A stretch of DNA of 64,000 nucleotides from Candidatus Latescibacterota bacterium (GTDB taxonomy: Bacteria; Latescibacterota; UBA2968): assembly GCA_965222605.1 (NCBI GenBank), contig OZ244960.1:5440001-5504000 (forward strand), in the 5' to 3' direction. Numbering within the stretch: position 1 is the first letter of the stretch; every line of letters starts with the position of its first letter. Positions 39,085-50,360 of this stretch are shown here, piece by piece. A program made the position numbers and the translations under genes. The notes under the pieces are model-generated. The model was not told where the DNA came from, ran no database searches, and saw only the letters and a program-made list of their open reading frames with translations.

Positions 39085-40023
39085 ATGCTCATGTCCGATT
39101 ACACGTTTAAACTTGCCATGTTCACGACCGAACTGAGACTGCCCTATGACCGGGCATTTCCCAAAGCGAAAGAGATCGGCGCGGACCGCCTCTGGTACGC
39201 GCCTTCGGCGGGCGACCTTCCGTTCGAAGCCATGACCGACGCGGATATGGACCGCATCGGCGAGTGCGCCGAGCAGCATCAAACGGATATCTTCCTGCTC
39301 TGCGGAGGCCGTAAGTTCAAAAAAGTGCATCTCTGCGATCTGGATCTGGACCATATGGCCGAACACCCCGAATTTCAGGAAGCCCGGAGGGAACTGACCG
39401 CCGCCATGAAGATGGCCGCCCGGCTCAAAATTCCGGCAGTGGCCACGTTTACATTCGCCTGGCCGGGTGAATATACTGCCGGTAAGCCGACCTGGCCCAT
39501 GCGATGGATGACCCGCGGCGGCGTCATTTCCGGTCTGGACATGGACAAACTGGTCCGGGCGTTTACGCTGCTGGCCGAAGACGCTGACCGCTACGATGTG
39601 GATCTGCCGCTGTGCATGATGCCGTGGAATTACACGAATACCACGGAACACATGCGGCAGGTGATCGAGGCGGTCGGCTCACCTCGCCTGAAAACGGTCT
39701 GGGGGCCAGCGGATACCATGAACTGCGGTGAATCGGACACCGCCACCCGCGGATTTCAGAATGTCCGTCCGTATCTTCATACGCTCCACATAAAAGATCT
39801 GAAAGTCATAGACGGTCTGAAATGTGAGTTTGAATACTATCCCATCGGCGAAGGGGACGTGGATTTTCCGACGGTACTGCGGAACCTGCGTGATCATCAG
39901 ATCGACGCCGCGATATCCATCGCTACCCACTTCAGGCCGGAAAGCGGATCGGCGGAAGAAGCGATGCGTATCAACTTTGCCAATATGAAAGCGTTGATCG
40001 ATGGGTTAAACGATAGGGGGTAA
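39085..40023 (+). CDS. Sugar phosphate isomerase/epimerase (TIM barrel)
   Basis: VGSPRLKTVW, LHIKD, IGEGDVDF, SIATH. Confidence 0.8.
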   Translation: MLMSDYTFKLAMFTTELRLPYDRAFPKAKEIGADRLWYAPSAGDLPFEAMTDADMDRIGECAEQHQTDIFLLCGGRKFKKVHLCDLDLDHMAEHPEFQEARRELTAAMKMAARLKIPAVATFTFAWPGEYTAGKPTWPMRWMTRGGVISGLDMDKLVRAFTLLAEDADRYDVDLPLCMMPWNYTNTTEHMRQVIEAVGSPRLKTVWGPADTMNCGESDTATRGFQNVRPYLHTLHIKDLKVIDGLKCEFEYYPIGEGDVDFPTVLRNLRDHQIDAAISIATHFRPESGSAEEAMRINFANMKALIDGLNDRG

Positions 40024-40074
40024 AAACAATCGGAACCCCCATCTCGACGCAAATTCGATCCTTTCCCTACGTAT

Positions 40075-41130
40075 TCATGCTTGTGGTACAGCGCTACTCA
40101 TGAACCCTTCGTCTCTCACCAGAACCTGGAGATCCAGGTTTGTCATAGGGAAATCCACCCGCGCGTTGCCCAACCGCTCCGATTCGTGAAGAGAAAGCAC
40201 CATTTCCAGCGCAGCCCGTCCGTCTTCTCCAGTGGATATTGTATCCTGATCGCGGTCGAGGCTTTCTACAATCTCCTCTGCCGACAACGGGATCACACAT
40301 CGGCCTGCGTTCGTTGTATTCAGCTTATGTTCCTCTGGTATTTCGGGGAATTTCTCCTCTTTATTTTTAACGAAGAGCTTGAACTGATGTGGCCGTGTAT
40401 TGACCACCGTTATCCGTCCCCTGGATCCAATCAATTCAAAGAGGTGCTGAGCCCTCGCTCCGGTAGATCCATTCACAATGCATTGTACGCCATTCTGAAA
40501 CTGAAAGTACCCGGCGCCACGGGGATCCAGCGCATCCGGATCCAATAGGTGACCAGTTGCCCACGCTACATCGCCTGCGAAGAAGCGCAGCATGTCAAAA
40601 AAGTGGGTTCCATTGTTGGCAAGCCCCGCGCTGTACTGAAGCGTCATAGCCTGAAGGGAGCCGATTACCTGCTGATCGATTATCTCCTTAATTTTTCGAA
40701 ATTGCCAATCCCATCGGCGCGTGTGGTTAATGCTCAGCTTTACATTGTTTCTCCGGCAAGCATCAATCATTTCGTCTGCCTCTCGCAAAGTAGTCGCCAT
40801 CGCCTTCTCACAGAATATGGCTTTCACACCTGACTGAGCCGCGGCAACAACGATATCTCGATGCGGAATGGGATAGGTGCAAACACTCACGATATCCAGC
40901 TTCTCAGTATCCAGCATTTCCTGCCAATCTGTGTACAGACCCGGAACATCCCATTTGCCTCCAAAACTCTGTCGGCGTTCATCGTCCCGATCTGCTGCTG
41001 CGACAATACGGGTTCGATCACAGTGATCGTAACAACCCGCATGAGTATTTGGCGTTCCGCGATGTATTTCCTGCTCCAGTAAACTCGCAATCCTGCCACA
41101 GCCGATAACACCAACGTTATAAACTTGCAT
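40075..41130 (-). CDS. Gfo/Idh/MocA oxidoreductase
   Basis: VIGCGRIA, FCEKAMA, GTHFFD, GRAALE. Confidence 0.9.
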   Translation of the reverse strand: MQVYNVGVIGCGRIASLLEQEIHRGTPNTHAGCYDHCDRTRIVAAADRDDERRQSFGGKWDVPGLYTDWQEMLDTEKLDIVSVCTYPIPHRDIVVAAAQSGVKAIFCEKAMATTLREADEMIDACRRNNVKLSINHTRRWDWQFRKIKEIIDQQVIGSLQAMTLQYSAGLANNGTHFFDMLRFFAGDVAWATGHLLDPDALDPRGAGYFQFQNGVQCIVNGSTGARAQHLFELIGSRGRITVVNTRPHQFKLFVKNKEEKFPEIPEEHKLNTTNAGRCVIPLSAEEIVESLDRDQDTISTGEDGRAALEMVLSLHESERLGNARVDFPMTNLDLQVLVRDEGFMSSAVPQA

Positions 41131-41195
41131 AGAAAAGCTCCGAAGAAAATCGTGGGAAGAACTCATTGTCGAACGTTCAAGGTCTCAGATCACAA

Positions 41196-42077
41196 TCAAA
41201 CCGAACGAGATCCGGCCATGCTGGGTGATACGCCATTGTAATCGTAGGGCCGGTTTCGGAAGAGGTAGTCTATTGGTTCGTCCACAAAAATTGTGTTTGG
41301 GTCCAGGTCGCTTTCTGCAAAGGCGGTTTCACAACCGGTATTGAACCGGAGAGGGGAAGGGCGACGCAGCCAGTGGCAGGCGTAGATCGTTGCGATCATG
41401 AACCGCGGTTGGTCGGAAAAATTTGGCATTCCCCGGTGCCAGAGCCGGGGGTCGCGGATCAGAATGCTTCCCTTTTTTGTATTCCCCCGAACCGGCGGTG
41501 CCACTTTCCGGCGTGCTTCCTGCAGGTGTGCTTCGACTTTGATATCATCTCCAATTACCTTTTGCGTTTCCAGATGGGAGCCGGGCCAGAGTTCGATACT
41601 TCCGTTGGCTTCGGTCACCTCGTCCAGGGCAATATTGACAATGACTTTGGCCGACGGGTGCGCAACATCCAGGTTCGGCCAGAGTTGTCCCGAGTCGACG
41701 TGTACCGGTTGGAGCTCGCTGCCCGGCAAGTTTGTGTTGCCGGTGTAGCGATTGTTGAAGATCCCCTCGCCGAGTAGGGCTTTCGAGACCTGGACCACCC
41801 AGGGGTTCGCTATAACGTCGCGAAAGACGTACGGGGGGCAGGGGGGCGGATCCTGCTGGACGTTTCCCCAAACGAAGTTATGGGGTGGCGCAGGGGCATT
41901 CATGATCTTCTCCAGGTCTTCGGCCATCCGCTCACGGAGAAGGTCGAGGTGTTCGTGCGCGACCACTGCATTGAGGACGATGTAGCCTTCCGTTCGAATG
42001 GTATCGAGGGCCTGTTTCAGGTGCGCGTCGGTGAGAGACTCGGCTGCGTGCTCTTCCGGTGTGACGGTGATTTCCAC
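41196..42077 (-). CDS. PhyH dioxygenase
   Basis: QPVHVD, NGSIELWPGSH, LWHRGMPN..PR. Confidence 0.88.
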   Translation of the reverse strand: MEITVTPEEHAAESLTDAHLKQALDTIRTEGYIVLNAVVAHEHLDLLRERMAEDLEKIMNAPAPPHNFVWGNVQQDPPPCPPYVFRDVIANPWVVQVSKALLGEGIFNNRYTGNTNLPGSELQPVHVDSGQLWPNLDVAHPSAKVIVNIALDEVTEANGSIELWPGSHLETQKVIGDDIKVEAHLQEARRKVAPPVRGNTKKGSILIRDPRLWHRGMPNFSDQPRFMIATIYACHWLRRPSPLRFNTGCETAFAESDLDPNTIFVDEPIDYLFRNRPYDYNGVSPSMAGSRSV

Positions 42078-42097
42078 GGCTACTCATCTCCCTGTCA

Positions 42098-42170
42098 GTG
42101 ATTACTCCCAACGCTAAATCAGTTGGGCTTCTTGGCGATCAAGCCGCCTGACTTTGTAATCCCAAAGTCA
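42098..42170 (-). mobile_element. Orphan IS200/IS605 right end (omega-RNA 3' remnant)
   Basis: Minus strand GAAG-CCCAACTGATTTAGCGTTGGG-AGTAATCAC; hairpin 19/21 identical to the right end at 51566. Confidence 0.7.
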
Positions 42171-43327
42171 ATATTAACCTCCACAAGAATCATCTGAGCG
42201 ATTTCTTCTATGGTTCGATTATCAGTATCAATGCACAGGTCGCCGATCGCGTTGCGTTGTAGAGATTCTGCGGCCTCAATCGCCTTTTCAGCGATCTGCT
42301 GGAGGGCCGTGTCAGGCTTTCCTTTTAACTCGTCACCAGGTATCCCTGGGCCGAAGCCTTGACCTCGCAGTCTGATTCTATGCCTCAATTGCTCTGATCC
42401 AGCATGAAGCCGACATAACCTCAGAGTTGTTTCTGGTAGCGCTTCGGTATAGGTCTGGATAGCGTCGAGGTGGTTGATTGGACCGACGACAATGAGACAT
42501 CGCGCGCCGCTCTCGTGAAAGGTCTGCCACATAGCAGCGAGGTTGTGCGCCTTGATCTGGTGGTTGTCAGGATCGTTGTCCGGGACAGGCCGGTAGAAAC
42601 TGATCTGCTCAAGGTCGACAAAAGCTGCTGTGATACCAGCCCGCCTGACTTCCTCAAAGATTCGCCATCCGACAGTTGACTTTCCAACACCAGTCGTACC
42701 GCAAAGCCATAAGATCGATCCGGGAGTGGTGGGCAACTTGGGGAAGCGCGTCGAGGCGTGGCTGTTGGATAAGCAGGTTCTCTTGGGGAGAGTTGGCCAT
42801 CCGCCGGTCTTCCCATCCAGGAGCTGAATTACCTCAGAGACAGTCAATCCGCTGGTGTCGATGCATACGTCAGCGAAGTCGCTGCGATCCAGAGTATCTG
42901 ATTCACGCAGCATTGCATCCATCTGGTAAGATTCCAGACTGCGATTGGCCAGCCGCTCTGCCAGTATGTCGCGATCCGCTCGGAGTCGGCACAAGGTGAG
43001 ATCAGTATGCGATATCTGATCAACATAGTCGCGCACTCCGTGGATCTCGTCGACAACGCCGGACACAAGGACGCAATAGGCGCCCGCTGCTTTGAAGGTA
43101 GCTACCATCGCGCCGAGATTTTGCGCTTTTATGTGGTGACGCTCTGGGTCCGAAACTGGTGCGGGATAACACATGCCAAGTTGATCGATGTCGAGATAGC
43201 CAATTCTGATTCCATCCTGTGCTAGTTGAGAGAAGAATTGCCACCCAACTGTGGATTTACCGACACCACACGGACCGCACAGCCATAACAAAGGGATCGG
43301 ATCGCTGGTCTTCATTCCATTCATCAT
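42119..43327 (-). CDS. Tandem-duplicated P-loop kinase-like protein
   Basis: Two homologous halves LWLCGPCGVGKSTVGW / LWLCGTTGVGKSTVGW, each followed by IKA.NL.AM and LCRL.A. Confidence 0.8.
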   Translation of the reverse strand: MMNGMKTSDPIPLLWLCGPCGVGKSTVGWQFFSQLAQDGIRIGYLDIDQLGMCYPAPVSDPERHHIKAQNLGAMVATFKAAGAYCVLVSGVVDEIHGVRDYVDQISHTDLTLCRLRADRDILAERLANRSLESYQMDAMLRESDTLDRSDFADVCIDTSGLTVSEVIQLLDGKTGGWPTLPKRTCLSNSHASTRFPKLPTTPGSILWLCGTTGVGKSTVGWRIFEEVRRAGITAAFVDLEQISFYRPVPDNDPDNHQIKAHNLAAMWQTFHESGARCLIVVGPINHLDAIQTYTEALPETTLRLCRLHAGSEQLRHRIRLRGQGFGPGIPGDELKGKPDTALQQIAEKAIEAAESLQRNAIGDLCIDTDNRTIEEIAQMILVEVNIDFGITKSGGLIAKKPN

Positions 43328-43335
43328 TCTGTTTT

Positions 43336-46300
43336 TTAAAATCCGTCCGTCGAACGGCTCAAACTGTACCGGGCATTTGTGACCAGAGAGACAACATCCT
43401 CCAGAATCATATACAGACAGGGCACTAACAAAAGAATTATAGACGTCGCGAAAACAATACCAAATCCGAGAGAGATTGCCATAGGAATGAGATAATAAGC
43501 CTGGCGGGATGTCTCCAAAATAATCGGTGTCAAACCACCGAACGTTGTCAACGTCGTCAAAATAATGGGCTTGAAGCGCCGAAGCCCAGCAGTATGAATC
43601 GCCTCAAAAGCCGAGTACTGGGCACGCCTTTTATTTGCATAATCGATCATAATCAGTGAGTCATTTACCACAACACCCGACAAGGCGATCACCCCCATCA
43701 AACTGATAAGCGACAAATCATAACCCAGCAAAATATGACCGATCACAGCGCCCACAATCCCAAACGGAATCGCCGCCATCACAATCAAGGGCTGGACATA
43801 GCTACCAAATGCAATGGCGAGTAACATATACACAATGGCCATCGCCATGGCAAACCCGCCCCATAGCGCCTGCGTGGACTCGCGCATCTCAGCCTGCGTC
43901 CCCTGAAACGTCCAGGTTAATCCCGGATAATCAGCGCGAATTTGTGGCAACACATCGGTTTTAATCGCTTCCATAACGCGCGTCATCGCTCGCTTGGGCT
44001 CCACATCCATACTCACCGTCACCACGCGCCGACCATCTCGCCGATTAATACTTGTAAACGCTTCGCCACGCTCAATGTCTACCACATCCATCAAAGGCAC
44101 TTCTGTGCCATCAGGTGTACGCACAACAAATTCTTCGAGATAGCGAATATCCTTTCGCTCTGCCATCGGCAATTTCACGCGCATTTCAACTTCATTTGTA
44201 CCGCGCAACTGACGCATCGCCAGTGCGCCGTAAAACGCATCGCGCAACTGACGCCCTACCTCAACCGCCGTCAATCCCAAATTTCGGCCTTCGGGACGCA
44301 ACACAAAATCAAACTGCGCTTTACCTTTATTGTAATTGTCACTCGCATCGTGCGTCTCTTCAAACCCTTCGGCGCGCTCTAAAAATGCCCGACTGGCTTT
44401 GGCCAACACGTCAATATCCGAATGGCTCAAATCGACGCTGATATCCTGTTGCCAACCGCCCGGCCCACTCTCGGCCTCAAACGTAATCTGACTGACACCA
44501 TCAATATCCCCGATGTTATCGCGCCACAGTGAGATGATCTCTCCTGTCGTCATATCGTGTTCATCGGGCGGTTTCATCACAATTTCTACATCAATAAAAC
44601 TCCCCCCGCGCACATTGGTTTTAATCCCTTCGGCCACGCGATAAAGGTTGTGCGCTTCAAACATGCGATGGGTCGATTCGGTCACCTCATGCGCAACCCG
44701 CGCTGCTTGATCCCGCGTGGTCCCCACAGGCAATCGGATACCCGCTTCAATCTCATCGGCAGAAACTTCGGGCATCATAATCATACCCATATGATCGCTG
44801 TATCCATAACCGCCCACCACCACCAGCAAAGCAACAGCAGATGCAATCGTAACGTACCGATGCCGAATGCATAGATCCAGAAACCTGCGATAGTGTTGGT
44901 CGATAAACCGATTGAAATGGCTGGCAATAGATTGTTGCCAGCGATGCGCAGTGCCATTTACCGGCGAAACAGCACGTTTTGAAAGGTGCCCGAGATGCGC
45001 AGGCAAAATAAACAGCGCCTCCAAAAGAGACACGGCCAGCACAGTGATCACAACCGCAGGCAATGGCCACCAGAATTTTCCCGTGGTGCCGGGCATAAAC
45101 AAAAGCGGCACAAAAGCCACAATCGTAGTCAAAATGCTGAACGTAACCGGTCCGGCAATATCGCGGGTACCCGCAATGGCCGCCTGCATCGGGCTCATAC
45201 CTTGTTCCCGATATTCATGCACATTTTCACCCACAACAATCGCATCATCCACCACAATGCCGAGCACCACCAAAAATGCAAACATAGAAACCATATTGAT
45301 GCTCACATCAATAGCAGGCAGAAACACCAGACTGCCAATGAAAGAAATGGTCATCCCCATCATCACCCAAAACGCAAGCCGAAACTCGAGGAACATCGCC
45401 AGAATAAGCAAAACAATCACAATAGCCAGCACCCCGTTTTTGATCAGCAAAAACAACCGATCTTTGTAATCCTCTGCACTGTTGCTGTCGATCCGATACT
45501 TCACACCAGGCGGCAGGGTGGTCTCAAAATCTGCCATGATATTTTCAACAGCCTCAGCAATCTCAAGTGGCGATTGATTCCCAATCCGATAGATATCCAC
45601 ACCAACTGTAAGCTGCCGATTAAACCGTTCGTGAAATCCGCCTTCTTCAAAGCCATCTGTGACCTCTGCCAAGTCCGCCAGTGTAACCCCACCACCTCCT
45701 TCTGAAGGGATAATCACAATACGACCATATTCATCGGCCCACTGCTTGCGCTCTTTCATGCGCAACAAAATTTCCCCCGTACCCGTCTCCACAGAACCCG
45801 CAGGAATGTCTTCACTCGACGCGACAATCACGCGTGCCACATCGCGTAGTGTAATACCGTATTCACGCAACCTGTGCTGAGGAATTTCAATATGCGTCAT
45901 GTATTCTGGCACATTGCCAAGCTCAACCTGTGTAATGGCCGGATCGCTCAGCAATCGATCCCTTAGCTGTTCGGCCAGACTTCTCAGCGTACCGATATTC
46001 ACATCGCCATACAGCCCAATATCCATCACATTGCGCTGTTGTGCCCTCAGGCTGACTTCGGGTTGTTCTATATCATCGGGAAATGTCCGAATCCGATTGA
46101 CTGCCTGATCAATATCCTGAAAGGCTTTCCCGCGATCGGTGCCTGCCACCAGTTCAATGGTCACACTCCCACGCCCTTCGCGAGCCTGCGACGTCAGTTC
46201 CATGATCCCTTGCACACCGCGCACAGCTTCTTCTATCGGCTGTAAAATCCCCTGCTCCACCTCCGCAGGTGCCGCACCCGGATAGCCCACACTGACCGAG

Positions 46301-46470
46301 ACGATATCCAGTTCATACTGCGGATAGACCTCCTTCTGGATATGAAAAGCCGTCCAGATCCCGCCCACAACGAGGATGATCATAAACAGATTGGCCGCAA
46401 TAGCATTGCGCGCCATCCAGGCAATCGGACCTCGTGCTTCTTCAAATGTATCCTGTGTCTCATTCATCAC
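43336..46470 (-). CDS. RND efflux permease (AcrB/AcrD/AcrF family)
   Basis: 1044 aa; [29 protein letters not shown]. Confidence 0.95.
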   Translation of the reverse strand: MMNETQDTFEEARGPIAWMARNAIAANLFMIILVVGGIWTAFHIQKEVYPQYELDIVSVSVGYPGAAPAEVEQGILQPIEEAVRGVQGIMELTSQAREGRGSVTIELVAGTDRGKAFQDIDQAVNRIRTFPDDIEQPEVSLRAQQRNVMDIGLYGDVNIGTLRSLAEQLRDRLLSDPAITQVELGNVPEYMTHIEIPQHRLREYGITLRDVARVIVASSEDIPAGSVETGTGEILLRMKERKQWADEYGRIVIIPSEGGGGVTLADLAEVTDGFEEGGFHERFNRQLTVGVDIYRIGNQSPLEIAEAVENIMADFETTLPPGVKYRIDSNSAEDYKDRLFLLIKNGVLAIVIVLLILAMFLEFRLAFWVMMGMTISFIGSLVFLPAIDVSINMVSMFAFLVVLGIVVDDAIVVGENVHEYREQGMSPMQAAIAGTRDIAGPVTFSILTTIVAFVPLLFMPGTTGKFWWPLPAVVITVLAVSLLEALFILPAHLGHLSKRAVSPVNGTAHRWQQSIASHFNRFIDQHYRRFLDLCIRHRYVTIASAVALLVVVGGYGYSDHMGMIMMPEVSADEIEAGIRLPVGTTRDQAARVAHEVTESTHRMFEAHNLYRVAEGIKTNVRGGSFIDVEIVMKPPDEHDMTTGEIISLWRDNIGDIDGVSQITFEAESGPGGWQQDISVDLSHSDIDVLAKASRAFLERAEGFEETHDASDNYNKGKAQFDFVLRPEGRNLGLTAVEVGRQLRDAFYGALAMRQLRGTNEVEMRVKLPMAERKDIRYLEEFVVRTPDGTEVPLMDVVDIERGEAFTSINRRDGRRVVTVSMDVEPKRAMTRVMEAIKTDVLPQIRADYPGLTWTFQGTQAEMRESTQALWGGFAMAMAIVYMLLAIAFGSYVQPLIVMAAIPFGIVGAVIGHILLGYDLSLISLMGVIALSGVVVNDSLIMIDYANKRRAQYSAFEAIHTAGLRRFKPIILTTLTTFGGLTPIILETSRQAYYLIPMAISLGFGIVFATSIILLLVPCLYMILEDVVSLVTNARYSLSRSTDGF

Positions 46471-47666
46471 TGGGTGTCTCCCAGGGTTTTAGGATCTTCC
46501 TTTCCAACGCTTTTCACACGCAATTCTGCACCCTCAGCGACTCGAGACAAATTGGTCGTAACCACCCGATCCTTATCCTGCAACCCATCCGATATATAAG
46601 CATAGTCGGTATCTCGAAAAACGATCTCAACAGACCGAATCTGCAACAGATCATCTTTCATCACCCAGACCGTATTGTCAGCCCGGATATAATCGCGTGC
46701 CAGACGCACCACATTGGGAATTTCGTTGGCCGCAATATGCGTCTCAACAAATGCGCCAATCATCAACGGAGACAGATGATCAGATCCATCCTGATGAGCA
46801 AGCGGATCAGAAACAGAAACCAGTACCCGCGCCATACGCGTCTTTTCTGCCAAAGCACCAATGAGTCTGTGAAGAGAGCCTGTGCGATAAGCACCTTTCT
46901 TTTCGGTCACACGATTGCGAATCTGCACCAACGATCCCTTTTCTGCCTCGCTGTTGGGAAAAGAAAGCCACGGAATTTTGGAAAGCGGAACGGTCGTCAC
47001 CACCCAGTATGTATCCAGACCAACCAGACGCCCGAGATTATCGCGTGGAGAAACCAGAGAACCCACATTGGCATTGCGACTTAAAATGTGCGCGTCAAAA
47101 GGCGCTTTAATGGTTGTTCTCTGCAATTCCAGTTCAGCCTGATTCACTGCCGCCTGCGCCGCTTCTACCCGTGCCCGAGCTGCATTGAGCTGAGGTTGGC
47201 GCAGCACAAGCGCCTCAAGCTCACCCGACAGCGTCTCTTCTAAAATCTGATAATCTTTTTGCGCCACATTCTGCCGTCCCATCTCAATATTCAAATCAGC
47301 AGTGGCACGACGCAGATCGCTCTTTTTCTGCAAAAGTGCATTCTGATAATCTGCCGGATCAATCTGCAACAGTACCTGACCCTTTTTGACAAACCCACCC
47401 GGCGTAAAAGTCGATGACAGCGAAAGTACCCGTCCACCGACTTGTGGACTCAAGATGATATCCTGTTCTGCTTCAACCGTCCCCGTCGCCACAATCACAG
47501 GGCGATACGTACCGCGTTGCACCTCAACCACATCAACGAGCATCGCGGTTTTCTTAGTCGCCGCAACGCGAGTCGCCGTAGGCTCCGTCATAAAAATCAG
47601 CGCAGTAACACCTGCACCCACAATCAAAACACAAAAACAAATAATCAGCGTTTTTTTGCTATCCAC
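46467..47666 (-). CDS. RND periplasmic adaptor (MFP)
   Basis: N-terminal [13 protein letters not shown], coiled coil, IKAPFD. Confidence 0.92.
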   Translation of the reverse strand: MDSKKTLIICFCVLIVGAGVTALIFMTEPTATRVAATKKTAMLVDVVEVQRGTYRPVIVATGTVEAEQDIILSPQVGGRVLSLSSTFTPGGFVKKGQVLLQIDPADYQNALLQKKSDLRRATADLNIEMGRQNVAQKDYQILEETLSGELEALVLRQPQLNAARARVEAAQAAVNQAELELQRTTIKAPFDAHILSRNANVGSLVSPRDNLGRLVGLDTYWVVTTVPLSKIPWLSFPNSEAEKGSLVQIRNRVTEKKGAYRTGSLHRLIGALAEKTRMARVLVSVSDPLAHQDGSDHLSPLMIGAFVETHIAANEIPNVVRLARDYIRADNTVWVMKDDLLQIRSVEIVFRDTDYAYISDGLQDKDRVVTTNLSRVAEGAELRVKSVGKEDPKTLGDTQ

Positions 47667-47701
47667 GTTATGCCTATCCGTTTATTATGATTTATTACAA
47701 T

Positions 47702-49090
47702 TCAACGCGCGTTGAACTTACGCGCTATTTCAAAACCACCTGCGAGTGCCCGATAAAGCGCAATGCGGAATTCCAGCAAATCGAGTTTCGCAGAGATCAA
47801 CGCTCGCTGGAGCCTCTGTTCGTTTGTCAGCGCGGTAAGCACGTCAAGATAATCGCTGATGCCATTTAAATACTCCAGCCTTAACTGATCATACGTCTGC
47901 CTCACCAGATCGACCTGCGCTTCGAGACTCGCGATGCGTTCAACCTGTTTTTGTTCTTGAACCAATGCATTTTCCACTTCGGCAAATGCCGTCAAAATCG
48001 TCTGTCCATAAGCCGAAAGTTGCGCGCTTTTGTTGGCTTTATTGCGCTTGATTTCTGCCCCCCGTTCACCACCATCGATAACAGGCAGCAAAAGATTGCC
48101 TATCAGATTGCCCACCCAATCTTTAAATAGACCACCGCGATCATCACCCGATGCCAATGCTGTCAGGCTCAAACGCGGATACCGATTGCTGATAGCAACC
48201 GCCACATCGCGATCCGCCGCCAGCAGCAGGTTATAAGCCCTTTTGACATCTGGACGTCGCTGAATCAACTCAACAGGCAAACCCGTATCCGGCAGAGGTG
48301 GCAGATCTGGCAAAGCGCGATGCGTATAGGCAATTCCATCCTGAGGGGCGTAACCCAACAAAACAGCGAGCTGGTGTTCCAACACCTCGATTCTGGATTC
48401 TGTCGCGATTTTTTGTTCGCGTGTGGATTCGAGCAATTGCCTTTGTCGCAAAATATCTACACTGCGAATCTGCCCACTGCCAAAACGCGCTCGGATCAGA
48501 CTCAGCACTTGCTGATTGGTCTCAATCTGATGCTCAAAAAGTTCGTGCTGATTTTGTGCTTCCATCAACTGAAAATAAGTACGCACGACCTCTGCAGAAA
48601 GCGACAATGCCGCAGTCTGATAATCCGCCTCAGTCGCCCGTGCTCGATAACGCGCGGCATCCACACCCGAACGAATTCGCCCCCACAGATCTATTTCGTA
48701 TTCAGACGTGATGCCCAAACGGATCTGCGCATCATTTCCAGAATCTGGACGTTGAACCTCACCGCGCCCGGATACTTCCAGCGTTGGAAACCGGCCAGCC
48801 CCTTCGCGATCCACAACAGCCTGTGCACTTCGCAACCGATGCCACGCCGTCTCCAAACTGAAATTGGACTGCAATGCGCGATCGACCAGGCTGTCCATAC
48901 GCGCATCTCCAAAAGCGGTCCACCACCGTTCAGAAAGCGCATGTGAGGCATGACTGGAAAAAGCTTTGGGAGGTTCAAAAGGAAGGGTAAGATTTGCAGA
49001 CCTGGGCGAACACCCAAAAACAAACACGGGCCAGATCAAAAGAAACAAGCGAACATATAGCATGTGTAAGATAATTTCCATTCGTTGCAA
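47702..49090 (-). CDS. Efflux outer-membrane lipoprotein (NodT/TolC family)
   Basis: VFGC lipobox, WWTAFGD, EIDLWGR, RRPDV, LYRALAGG; start codon uncertain. Confidence 0.92.
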   Translation of the reverse strand: MQRMEIILHMLYVRLFLLIWPVFVFGCSPRSANLTLPFEPPKAFSSHASHALSERWWTAFGDARMDSLVDRALQSNFSLETAWHRLRSAQAVVDREGAGRFPTLEVSGRGEVQRPDSGNDAQIRLGITSEYEIDLWGRIRSGVDAARYRARATEADYQTAALSLSAEVVRTYFQLMEAQNQHELFEHQIETNQQVLSLIRARFGSGQIRSVDILRQRQLLESTREQKIATESRIEVLEHQLAVLLGYAPQDGIAYTHRALPDLPPLPDTGLPVELIQRRPDVKRAYNLLLAADRDVAVAISNRYPRLSLTALASGDDRGGLFKDWVGNLIGNLLLPVIDGGERGAEIKRNKANKSAQLSAYGQTILTAFAEVENALVQEQKQVERIASLEAQVDLVRQTYDQLRLEYLNGISDYLDVLTALTNEQRLQRALISAKLDLLEFRIALYRALAGGFEIARKFNAR

Positions 49091-49302
49091 AAGTTACTGT
49101 AATGTAAACCGCCAAAATATAATAACCAAATAGAATTATGGAGTCAAGTAACCACTTACTCACTTATGTGTTGATTCCGAAAAACAAAATGCATTCCTCC
49201 ACTCGTAAACGCATTTTATGGCTTTTTGCAGCTCTTTTAATGTCGTTTATTCTATTTCTGTTCCTGCGGAGCTCGCATCGTGCCATTAAAAAAAGATGAG
49301 AG

Positions 49303-50337
49303 CTATTTTGTCGGATCGTCCGACACCCGAATAACAAGCTTACCAAAATTTTCACCCTTGAGCAGACCAATCAAAGCTTCGGGCGCGTTTTCCAAACCAT
49401 CGACAATATCTTCCTTGTAGCGCAATTTATCTTCACGAATCCATCCGCCTAAAGTGCTAAAAGCTTCTTCCGTTTGGTCCGCAAAGTCCGAGACAATGAA
49501 ACCCCGAAAGGTGAGTCGTTTGGTGAGAATCTGGCGCAGCATATAATGCATCTGGTTGGGACCGGGTGGCAATCCCGTATCATTGGCAATGGCGATGGTG
49601 CCACATACGGGTATCCGGGCAAAGGGGTTGAACAGCGGCAACACCGTCTCAAACACCTTGCCAGCCACATTCTCAAAATAAACATCAATCCCGTCCGGAC
49701 AAGCACCAGCGATTTGTTCTTCAAAATCGTCGGCTCTGTGGTTCACACACGCATCGAATCCCAACGCATCGGTAACATACTGGCATTTTTCTTCAGACCC
49801 CGCGATGCCTACGGCCCGCGCGCCTTTGATCTTGGCGATTTGCCCAACCACCGAACCCACCGCTCCCGAGGCAGCCGCCACGACGACTGTCTCATCGGGT
49901 TGCGGTTTGCCGATATTGAGCAGCCCCGTGTATGCGGTCATGCCCGGCATGCCCAGCACGCCCACTGAGGTAGAGATCGGCCCCCAGGCCGGATCGATCT
50001 TGCGCAGCACCTTTCCAGGGAGAGCGAAAAGGGACTGCCACCCGCCCTTGCCCTCCACGATGTCGCCCTCAGCAAATTCCGAATCGTTTGAGGCGATCAC
50101 CTTTCCTACGCAGCCGCCCTCCATCACCATGCCAAGTTCGACCGGTTTGGCATAGTTTTTCGACTCATTCATCCTTCCGCGCATGTAGGGATCCAGCGAA
50201 AGATAAATCGTCTGGCACAAAACTTCACCCTCACCAGGGGCAGGCACGTCGGATTCCACCAACTGGAAATCACTCGGTTTCGGTTCTCCCTCGGGACGAG
50301 CAACCAGCAAGATTTGACGGTTTTTTAGATCGGACAT
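49303..50337 (-). CDS. NADP-dependent oxidoreductase (CurA/YncB-like)
   Basis: YLSLDPYMRGRM, LGMPGMTAY, AASGAVG, GENFGK. Confidence 0.92.
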   Translation of the reverse strand: MSDLKNRQILLVARPEGEPKPSDFQLVESDVPAPGEGEVLCQTIYLSLDPYMRGRMNESKNYAKPVELGMVMEGGCVGKVIASNDSEFAEGDIVEGKGGWQSLFALPGKVLRKIDPAWGPISTSVGVLGMPGMTAYTGLLNIGKPQPDETVVVAAASGAVGSVVGQIAKIKGARAVGIAGSEEKCQYVTDALGFDACVNHRADDFEEQIAGACPDGIDVYFENVAGKVFETVLPLFNPFARIPVCGTIAIANDTGLPPGPNQMHYMLRQILTKRLTFRGFIVSDFADQTEEAFSTLGGWIREDKLRYKEDIVDGLENAPEALIGLLKGENFGKLVIRVSDDPTK

Positions 50338-50360
50338 ATGTATTCCTTTATAAGTGAAAG

